64,000 nucleotides of DNA from an uncultured Candidatus Saccharibacteria bacterium (GTDB lineage: Bacteria > Patescibacteriota > Saccharimonadia > Saccharimonadales > UBA10212): positions 411,234 to 475,233 of the forward strand of contig OZ246413.1 of assembly GCA_965231085.1 (NCBI GenBank), read 5' to 3'. Under the pieces are notes generated by a model, which was not told the origin of the DNA, searched no databases, and worked only from the letters and a program-made list of their open reading frames with translations. A program made the translations under genes and the position numbers. Below, piece after piece: positions 28,986-36,470 of this stretch; positions within the stretch are counted from its first letter, which is position 1; each line of letters opens with the position of its first letter.

Positions 28986-29491
28986 TTAATTACTTCAAGT
29001 GCCAGATGAGCCTCTTCGACAATGCCTTCTATGCAATCATAATCAGCTAGTTCTGGTGCGGTTGCCCACGCGTATTCGGTAATGCCTTCTTCTAATGCGA
29101 TTTCACCACCTGCGTATCTTACAGCCATCGTGGTCATGAAAACTGGAACCCCGTCCGGCCTAACAAATAGTTTATCTTTTATCACACGGCCGTCGTTTTT
29201 ATCAACAGTTAGGCCAGCCTCTTCTTGAGTCTCTCTAGTAGCTAGCTTGCCAAGAATACCTTCAACCCCGACTAGTGGGTCAACTCCTTCTTCTTTTATC
29301 ATTTCGGCTACATTAGAATGTTCCAGCTTGCCTCCCGGGAAGGCCCATTTGCCTGGGTGAACCTTTTCATGATCACCACGTTTTATTAGCAACACCGCCC
29401 TTCTGGCAGAGTCAACGACCGCAAAGTTCGAAACAACTAAAAAGAGCTTTTCCGGTTTAGCGTTTTCTACAGAGATGAATATTTCAGACAT
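28982..29491 (-). CDS. NUDIX hydrolase
   Basis: Nudix box GGKLEH...x...RETQEEAGL. It occupies the slot normally held by rimM between the KH-protein gene and trmD. Confidence 0.8.
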   Translation of the reverse strand: MSEIFISVENAKPEKLFLVVSNFAVVDSARRAVLLIKRGDHEKVHPGKWAFPGGKLEHSNVAEMIKEEGVDPLVGVEGILGKLATRETQEEAGLTVDKNDGRVIKDKLFVRPDGVPVFMTTMAVRYAGGEIALEEGITEYAWATAPELADYDCIEGIVEEAHLALEVIK

Positions 29492-29499
29492 TCTAGCCT

Positions 29500-29994
29500 C
29501 TAAAGGTCGAGGTCGTCGAGGTCAGCAAGCTCACGGCGAGTTCGATCCGCTAGACTACCACGGTTATCATCTTTGGGTTCTTCGTCCTTCTCCGCAAAAA
29601 CATCATCTTCATCAGCTTCTTTGGCTGGAGTCGTCTCGGTCGGAACGTCGTCTTCGGATACTGGGCTCTGATCGTCGCTATCGTCAGATTTAGCTTTGGC
29701 GCTTGGCTGGTAACTATCGTCGTGAGTTCTTTCTGGGCGTGGCACGCCATTGTCTACAATCTTTAAGTTATACCTGGCTTCGTTCTTAGTACCAAGAGCT
29801 CTTAGTAGGGTGCGTAAACTCTGAGCAGTTGCACCTTTCTTACCAATAACTCGGCCAAGATCTTCTGGGTCGACAGTTAATTCAAGCAAAACGCCCTTTT
29901 CGTCTATGCGGCGTTCAATCTTAACTGCATCTGGCTTACCTACTAGTGATTTAACAATATATTCAATAAACTGTTGGTCTATAGTCGCGGTCAT
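29500..29994 (-). CDS. KH-domain RNA-binding protein (YlqC/UPF0109-like) with long acidic C-terminal extension
   Basis: The first 80 aa or so match the KH_4 core (VGKPDAVKIE...LGRVIGKKGATAQSLRTLL). The last 85 aa or so are a D/E/S-rich low-complexity tail. Confidence 0.85.
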   Translation of the reverse strand: MTATIDQQFIEYIVKSLVGKPDAVKIERRIDEKGVLLELTVDPEDLGRVIGKKGATAQSLRTLLRALGTKNEARYNLKIVDNGVPRPERTHDDSYQPSAKAKSDDSDDQSPVSEDDVPTETTPAKEADEDDVFAEKDEEPKDDNRGSLADRTRRELADLDDLDL

Positions 29995-30042
29995 AGGGAT
30001 CTCCTTAGTATTTAGCTAAGCTTATTATAACAAAGCTTTGTT

Positions 30043-30570
30043 TTAAGCTGTTGGTTCCGGGGTTTCTTCTGTCTTGACTGGTTCAGCTGGCGCTTCCGGA
30101 GCTGATTCTTCAGCTGCCGGGGCCTCCTTGGCAACTTCATCTGCTTTTACTTCCTCAGCTACCTTTGGCTCATCAGTCGCTGGTGCTGATTCAGCTGGAG
30201 TTTCGCTAGCAACAACCTCTTCAGCTTGTACCGGCGCAGCTTCGGTAACCGGCTCTGCCGGACGATTCTTGCGAAGCTTGTCAGGATTCTTAATAGTTCG
30301 CTTCTTGGGTTCTTCAATCTGCACCCAGTCCGGTAGCTTAACACCTTCTTTCTTAAGAAGGCTGGCAACCCGGGGTGATGGCTGGGCACCATTAGATAAG
30401 TATTTTGTAATTACGTCTTTATCAAGATTGATATCTTTTGAGTGAGGATTATAGCTACCAACGTAAGCAACCACCTTACCTCGTGTTGGGTGAAAATGGC
30501 TATCTTGAACAATCACCCTAAACTGGGCGTGTCCACTTCTTCCGGTTCGCTGCATTCTAATTGCTAACAT
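30043..30570 (-). CDS. rpsP: 30S ribosomal protein S16 with A/E/P-rich C-terminal extension
   Basis: MLAIRMQRTGRSGHAQFRVIVQDS...GKVVAYVGSYNP is the S16 core. About 90 extra residues follow. Confidence 0.9.
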   Translation of the reverse strand: MLAIRMQRTGRSGHAQFRVIVQDSHFHPTRGKVVAYVGSYNPHSKDINLDKDVITKYLSNGAQPSPRVASLLKKEGVKLPDWVQIEEPKKRTIKNPDKLRKNRPAEPVTEAAPVQAEEVVASETPAESAPATDEPKVAEEVKADEVAKEAPAAEESAPEAPAEPVKTEETPEPTA

Positions 30571-30624
30571 TCCAAGTAATTTTACAGATTACGGGCGTTT
30601 TCGTCAAGGTGTTAAATAGATAAC

Positions 30625-31317
30625 CTACTCTGAATAGCTTTTTAGTGCCGTTGTGGCAGCCTCAACCTGTGCAGATTGTTTGCTTGAGCCGGACCCTTGT
30701 CCTTTAAGAGCCCCATCTACATATACACCTATAACAAAGGTTTTGTCGTGATCTGGACCTTCCTCGCTGAGCACCTTATATATGGGCGTAAAACCTTCTT
30801 TATTCTGGACCACTTCCTGCAATCGTGACTTAGGATCAAGCCAGCTACCATTCTTAAGTATCGATTCAAAAGTTGGCAGCAGAGTTCGTTCAATAAAAGC
30901 TTTAGCCGCATCATAGCCTTTGTCTAGATATAAAGCACCAATTACTGCTTCGTAGCTGTTGGCTAATATTTGTTGGCGAGCTCGTTCTGAACCACGTTTT
31001 TCGCCTCGGCTAAGTCTGAGCAAAGCTTCAAAGCCTTCTCGGTCAGCCGCTGCACCGATGCTTTCAGTGCGCACTAATGCACTACGCCAGTTTGTAAGAA
31101 TACCTTCTGGCTCCTGATGATTCTTGAAAAGATACTCAGTTACCACCAACTCCAGTACGGCGTCGCCCAAAAACTCCAATCGCTCATTATGTTCCTGAGC
31201 GGTTTTTTTATGTTCGTTAATGTAGGATCGGTGAGTGAAAGCTGTTATTAATAGGTTAATGTCATTAAAACCATCAAAATGCTTATCTGCAAACGCTTTA
31301 TATTGTGATACATCCAT
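30625..31317 (-). CDS. rnc: Ribonuclease III
   Basis: Signature ERLEFLGDAVLE and a C-terminal dsRBD (GPDHDKTFVIGVYVDG...GSSKQSAQVEAA). Confidence 0.95.
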   Translation of the reverse strand: MDVSQYKAFADKHFDGFNDINLLITAFTHRSYINEHKKTAQEHNERLEFLGDAVLELVVTEYLFKNHQEPEGILTNWRSALVRTESIGAAADREGFEALLRLSRGEKRGSERARQQILANSYEAVIGALYLDKGYDAAKAFIERTLLPTFESILKNGSWLDPKSRLQEVVQNKEGFTPIYKVLSEEGPDHDKTFVIGVYVDGALKGQGSGSSKQSAQVEAATTALKSYSE

Positions 31318-31338
31318 ATTGGTTAATTTTATACTTTC

Positions 31339-31833
31339 TTAGTTTAATGTTCTAATTTTATTTAGCCCAATCAAAATCAACTTACCGATATCTTCATACT
31401 CTATCTTATCTAGAGCTTCGGCGGCAGTCAGCCAGGCAAGGTCATTCATCCACTTCTCGGGCTTTATGTTATCTGTATCGCCTTTAGCTTCAACTAGATA
31501 GATTTCGGTAGTCATGAGCACTAGGCGATTCTCCCGGCGGTATCGAAAGTTAATCTTGCCCAGCCAATCATGAATTTTCATCTCTTGAAGGCCTGTTTCT
31601 TCTCGTATTTCTCGCTCGGCCGTCTGACGAGCTTTTTCTCCCTCTTCTATATGGCCCTTCGGAATAGTCCAACGATTGCGAGAATCTTGGATCAATAAAA
31701 TTTCAATAACCTGTGGGTTGGTTTTTGACTTACGAAAAACAATACCGCCTGCGGTTGGCTCTCGGACCACCTCATTTATAGCTGGGCGGCGTACAAGTTT
31801 ATTAAAGCCAGCAAAGGGCTTCGGGCGCTTCAT
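31339..31833 (-). CDS. NUDIX hydrolase
   Basis: Nudix box GHIEEGEKARQTAEREIREETGL. Confidence 0.8.
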   Translation of the reverse strand: MKRPKPFAGFNKLVRRPAINEVVREPTAGGIVFRKSKTNPQVIEILLIQDSRNRWTIPKGHIEEGEKARQTAEREIREETGLQEMKIHDWLGKINFRYRRENRLVLMTTEIYLVEAKGDTDNIKPEKWMNDLAWLTAAEALDKIEYEDIGKLILIGLNKIRTLN

Positions 31834-31844
31834 TCTATTAAATA

Positions 31845-32309
31845 CTATTCCTGATTAGTTGGTTGTTCGGGTTCCTTGGTCACACCATCTTTTTGCCTGA
31901 GAGCGCTACCTAGAACTCCATTGATAAACTTTGAGGAGTTATCTCCACCAAAAGCTTTAGCAAGTTCGACCGCCTCGTTAATGGCAACTTTAGGAGGCAC
32001 ATCTTTTTCGTAAAGAAGTTCATAGACACCAATCCTCAAGATAACTCTGTCCATTCGCGCTATTTGTTCTAGCGGCCATTCGGGAGCCAGCGGACGAATT
32101 TTTTCATCGATCTCTTGTTGTTTTGCTGTAATCCCGTTCACTAGCTGTTCAATGAACTTCTTATCGTCAATCGTATCTTCGTAACGATCAATATTGCGCG
32201 CCAAAACTTCGCTAAGGTCGAAAGTCCCGTCGCCAGCTTCCTGGCGAAAGTCTTGCTCATACAAAGTTTGGAGTGCAACGATGCGTCCAAGATGTCGATT
32301 GCTTGCCAT
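31845..32309 (-). CDS. nusB: Transcription antitermination factor NusB
   Basis: [10 protein letters not shown]..., [26 protein letters not shown]. Confidence 0.9.
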   Translation of the reverse strand: MASNRHLGRIVALQTLYEQDFRQEAGDGTFDLSEVLARNIDRYEDTIDDKKFIEQLVNGITAKQQEIDEKIRPLAPEWPLEQIARMDRVILRIGVYELLYEKDVPPKVAINEAVELAKAFGGDNSSKFINGVLGSALRQKDGVTKEPEQPTNQE

Positions 32310-32370
32310 ATTGTTAAATTCCTTTTTTGAGTCGAAGCTTACTTACATTATAGCCTAGGTTATAACCACG

Positions 32371-32520
32371 CTATTTTGAACTGTCTCTTTTCATTTTCTT
32401 AGTACCGACTTTGACTCTAACGGGACTAAGTCCGTTAACCTGGCGGGCCAGCTTTAAAACTAGATGGCTGCGCCGTGAGCCGGTACGCCTGGAACTTGTT
32501 CGTTTCTTTGGTTTGCCCAT
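32371..32520 (-). CDS. rpmF: 50S ribosomal protein L32
   Basis: Not in the track because it is under 60 aa. The minus strand reads ATG GGC AAA CCA AAG AAA CGA ..., giving MGKPKKRTSSRRTGSRRSHLVLKLARQVNGLSPVRVKVGTKKMKRDSSK*. This matches the L32 N-terminal pattern (PKKRTS-x-RR-x-RRSH). Confidence 0.8.
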   Translation of the reverse strand: MGKPKKRTSSRRTGSRRSHLVLKLARQVNGLSPVRVKVGTKKMKRDSSK

Positions 32521-32585
32521 AAAGAAACCTCCTTATTCTTTGATATTTAAGTTTTAACTTAAGTGTAATTATAGCTTCTTAGGAG

Positions 32586-35021
32586 TTAATTGGCAATCAC
32601 TAAGCTTACTAGACGACCTGGTACATAGATTTCTTTTTTTATCTCTTTGTCTTTTATAAGTTCCGCTATCTTCACGTCGGCCTTGGCTGCGTTAATAACC
32701 GAGGCTTTATCGGCGCCTGTCTCAATCTCGATTTCAGCCCGCACCTTACCATTAATCTGAACAGCTAAGGTCATCGTTTCATCTACTACTAGATTTTCGT
32801 CCCATGTTGGCCAAGAACTTATGTGGATGGATTCCTCGTGGCCTAATTCATTCCAAAGCTCCTCAGTTATATGCGGAGCAAACGGTGCCAATAACTGAAG
32901 TAAGGCTTCGATCGTTGAGCTCCAAGCAACCGATTTAGTCATACCGCCATCGGCCTTAATCTTATATAAGTCATTCACTAGGCTCATCATTGCTGCGATT
33001 GCCGTGTTAAAGTTCATAGTCTCTAAGTCTTTTGTAACTTTTTTAATAGTTTTATGGGTCAACGCCTTTAGCTCGACTTCTTTTACCGGGCCTTCTTGCG
33101 TTTCCTTAGCTTCTAAAAACTCATAGGCAAGTGTCCAGACTCGATTCAAAAATCTGTATGCTCCGCCCATACCCTCTACACTCCAGTTGGCAGCTTGATT
33201 CCAGGGGCCAATAAATAGTTCCATGAGCCTTATAGAATCGGCTCCATAACCCTGCTCCAGCAAAGTGTCTGGTTCGATGGTGTTGCCCTTACTTTTGCTC
33301 ATCTTTTGACCATCGGGAGCTAAAATCATGCCCTGGTTACGAAGAGTCAAAAACGGTTCATCAAAATTAACTAAACCTTCGTCAAACATCACCTTGGTCC
33401 AAAATCTGGCATATAGTAAGTGCATCACGGCATGTTCAGCGCCGCCGATATAATCATCGACTGGCAACCAGAACTCAGCACTTTCCTTGCTAAAGGCCTG
33501 CTTGGAATTCTTTGGGTCAGCAAACCTCAGAAAATACCAACTACTACAAGCAAAACCGTCCATGGTGTCAGTTTCGCGCTCGGCCTCATCGCCGCATTTA
33601 GGACATTTAACTTTAACAAATTCGGGAACATTGGCCAGTGGACTTCGGCCATCGCCACTTGGTTCATAGCTCTTCACCTCGGGCAGTATTACCGGTAAAT
33701 CCGTTTCAGGCACCGGCAGCGTACCGCACTTGTCACAGTGGATCATTGGGATTGGCGCTCCCCAGTATCGCTGGCGACTAATTAGCCAATCTCGGAGTTT
33801 ATAATTTATACGCTCTTTGCCAAAAGTCTTAGTCATTTTTTCACGTGCCTGGTTAGTTGATAGACCATCAAACTCGGCCGAGTTTTTAACTATGCCTTCG
33901 CCAGCATACCAATCGGACCCTTTGCTACCTTGCCCATCAAAGACGTATTTGATCGCTAATTTGTGCTTTCTAGCAAATTCCCAGTCTCGCTCGTCATGTG
34001 CTGGCACAGCCATGATAGCGCCAGTGCCGTAACCGCTTAATACATAATCAGCAACCCAGATAGGTATTTTTTCTTTTGTGGCCGGATTAATCGCGTAGGC
34101 ACCAGTAAATACACCTGTCTTTTCACGATCGGTTTCTTGACGCTCGATATCGCTTTTGGCAACTGACTGAGCTATATAAGAATTAACTTGCTGTTTTTGT
34201 TCAGCCAAAACTATAGTTTCGAGTAATGGATGTTCTGGAGCTAGCACCATAAAGGTTGCGCCAAATAATGTGTCGGCTCTGGTAGTAAATACCTTTAATT
34301 TCTCCTGGGTACCATCTACCTTAAAGTCAATTTCCGCACCAATGCTTTTGCCAATCCAGTTGTGCTGCATGGCCTTAATGGCATCAGACCAGTCTAATTT
34401 TTCTAAATCTTTGTCTAGTCGGTCGGCATACTCTGTAATCTTGAAAAACCACTGTTTTAAAGACTTCTTCTCAACCAAGCTACCACAGCGCCAACAGTGA
34501 CCGTCCTCGACTTGCTCGTTAGCTAGCACCGTCTTGTCGACTGGACACCACCATTGCAGACTTTCTTTTTGATACGCTAGTCCTTTATTAAAAAGCATAA
34601 TAAAAAACCATTGCGTCCATTTGTAGTAGTTTGGGTCAGTACTATCAATTTCACGAGACCAATCGTAGCTAAAGCCCATTTGGATTAGCTGCTTTTTAAA
34701 CCGGGCAGTATTGTCATCGATCGCTACGCGTGGGCTAACTCCAGTTTTGATAGCATAGTTCTCTGCCGGTAAGCCAAATGCATCCCAGCCCATGGGATGA
34801 AGCACATTAAAGCCCTTCATGCGGCTAAATCTACTTAGAGTATCGCCAATTGTGTAATTGCGAACATGCCCCACGTGCATGGCAGCACCCGACGGATACG
34901 GAAAATACTCCAATATATATTTTTTGGGTTTATCATGGTCTTGAGTTGCTTGGTTAATTTTGGATTTTTCCCAAACATCTTGCCAATTGGGTTCAATTTC
35001 CTTGGGGTTATAACGTCTCAT
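32586..35021 (-). CDS. leuS: Leucyl-tRNA synthetase
   Basis: HIGH-type motif PSGAAMHVGHVRNY, KMSKS motif QKMSKSKGN, Zn-binding Cys clusters, CP1 editing domain; 811 aa. Confidence 0.97.
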   Translation of the reverse strand: MRRYNPKEIEPNWQDVWEKSKINQATQDHDKPKKYILEYFPYPSGAAMHVGHVRNYTIGDTLSRFSRMKGFNVLHPMGWDAFGLPAENYAIKTGVSPRVAIDDNTARFKKQLIQMGFSYDWSREIDSTDPNYYKWTQWFFIMLFNKGLAYQKESLQWWCPVDKTVLANEQVEDGHCWRCGSLVEKKSLKQWFFKITEYADRLDKDLEKLDWSDAIKAMQHNWIGKSIGAEIDFKVDGTQEKLKVFTTRADTLFGATFMVLAPEHPLLETIVLAEQKQQVNSYIAQSVAKSDIERQETDREKTGVFTGAYAINPATKEKIPIWVADYVLSGYGTGAIMAVPAHDERDWEFARKHKLAIKYVFDGQGSKGSDWYAGEGIVKNSAEFDGLSTNQAREKMTKTFGKERINYKLRDWLISRQRYWGAPIPMIHCDKCGTLPVPETDLPVILPEVKSYEPSGDGRSPLANVPEFVKVKCPKCGDEAERETDTMDGFACSSWYFLRFADPKNSKQAFSKESAEFWLPVDDYIGGAEHAVMHLLYARFWTKVMFDEGLVNFDEPFLTLRNQGMILAPDGQKMSKSKGNTIEPDTLLEQGYGADSIRLMELFIGPWNQAANWSVEGMGGAYRFLNRVWTLAYEFLEAKETQEGPVKEVELKALTHKTIKKVTKDLETMNFNTAIAAMMSLVNDLYKIKADGGMTKSVAWSSTIEALLQLLAPFAPHITEELWNELGHEESIHISSWPTWDENLVVDETMTLAVQINGKVRAEIEIETGADKASVINAAKADVKIAELIKDKEIKKEIYVPGRLVSLVIAN

Positions 35022-35085
35022 CTTCCCATTTATTGTACCTCAAGTGGCACGGAGTTGTTATTCTGATATACTTGAGCTTAATAAG

Positions 35086-36042
35086 ATGAGTAAGACTGAT
35101 AATCTGCTAATATCGGTAGTCGCCCCAGTTTTTAACGAAGCTACTGGCTTAAACCAGTTTAATAAAAGCCTGGTTAAGATTCTTGAAACTCACTTCAAAG
35201 ACAATTACGAGCTAATATATTGCGACGATGGTAGTAGCGATGACACTCCGGGCTTAATTCGCGAATTCCGCGAAGCGAAAAGTAATATTAAACTCGTTAG
35301 ACTATCAAGGAATTTTGGTAAAGAGATTGCAACTACCGCTGGTATTCACGAAGCTAAAGGTCAAGCTATTCTTACTATCGATTCCGACGGTCAGCACCCA
35401 GTAGAACTTATACCCCAGTTTGTAGATAAGTGGCAAAAAGGCAGTAAAGTTATAATTGGTGTTAGAACCACTAACCAAGATGAGGGTCCGGTTAAAAAAT
35501 TTGGGTCAAAAACTTTTTACTGGCTTTTTAACCGATTTACAGGTGTTAAGCTGTTACCTGGCTCGACCGATTTTAGGCTTATAGACCGCAGTGTCCAACA
35601 GGACTTCATTAAAATGACAGAGCGTAATCGCATAACGCGCGGCTTAATCGACTGGTTAGGTTATAAACGGGACTATATACATTTTAGAGCCAATCCAAGG
35701 ATCTCCGGATCAGCTGGCTATTCGTTTAGAAAATTGTTTAAACTCGCTATCGACAGCATTATTAGCTTGAGTATCTCGCCGCTCTATATAACCGCTTACA
35801 TCGGCGCCATTGTATTACCAATATCGGTGCTACTTGGACTGTTTATGATAATTAACCTGATCTTGGGCGACCCAGCTGGATTGCACGCAACTGGTGGAGC
35901 CTATGTTCTGGTTCTAATGTTGTTTTTGATTGGAGTTTTGCTAGTTTCACAAGGTATTATTGGACTTTACTTATCGCATATTCATACCGAGACAAAAAAC
36001 CGTCCCTTGTATATAATCGATAAAGATCGGTCTCTAACATAA
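35086..36042 (+). CDS. GT2 polyprenyl-phosphate glycosyltransferase (GtrB/ArnC/DPM1-like)
   Basis: ISVVAPVFNE, YCDDGSSDDT, a DxD-type IDSDGQHP, and two C-terminal TM helices. ATG at 35086 (MSKTDN) is preferred to the track start at 35044. Confidence 0.85.
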   Translation: MSKTDNLLISVVAPVFNEATGLNQFNKSLVKILETHFKDNYELIYCDDGSSDDTPGLIREFREAKSNIKLVRLSRNFGKEIATTAGIHEAKGQAILTIDSDGQHPVELIPQFVDKWQKGSKVIIGVRTTNQDEGPVKKFGSKTFYWLFNRFTGVKLLPGSTDFRLIDRSVQQDFIKMTERNRITRGLIDWLGYKRDYIHFRANPRISGSAGYSFRKLFKLAIDSIISLSISPLYITAYIGAIVLPISVLLGLFMIINLILGDPAGLHATGGAYVLVLMLFLIGVLLVSQGIIGLYLSHIHTETKNRPLYIIDKDRSLT

Positions 36043-36044
36043 AA

Positions 36045-36461
36045 ATGCTAACCAAATTAAAAAAATTATTGAAGCGGCCGTTATATAGATACGTAATCGT
36101 AGGCGGCAGCGTTTATTTACTAGAAATCTTGGTGATTTTTGTGGCCCAAAAAAAAGGCGCCAGTGCGGTTGTAGCTGTTGGTCTAGCTTTCTGGATAGGC
36201 CTAATAGTATCGTTTATCTTGCAAAAGATTGTGACTTTTTCAGATAAGAGGACTCATCACAAAATATTAATCCCCCAGGTTATAGCTTTTTCAGCTTTGG
36301 TTTTATTCAACTTTGGATTTACCCTGCTAGTAACAAAACTACTTGTTTCAATAGTGCCAGCTGTCGTAACTAGGACCCTTGCTCTTGGGATAACCACTAT
36401 TTGGAATTTTTACCTATACAAAACAAGAATTTTTAAAACCAGCGAAAGCCCCGTTTACTAA
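36045..36461 (+). CDS. GtrA family membrane protein (lipid-linked sugar translocation)
   Basis: 138 aa, 4 TM. RYVIVGGSVYLLEILV... and WNFYLYKTRIFK are GtrA-like motifs. Confidence 0.8.
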   Translation: MLTKLKKLLKRPLYRYVIVGGSVYLLEILVIFVAQKKGASAVVAVGLAFWIGLIVSFILQKIVTFSDKRTHHKILIPQVIAFSALVLFNFGFTLLVTKLLVSIVPAVVTRTLALGITTIWNFYLYKTRIFKTSESPVY

Positions 36462-36470
36462 AAGTAACCA

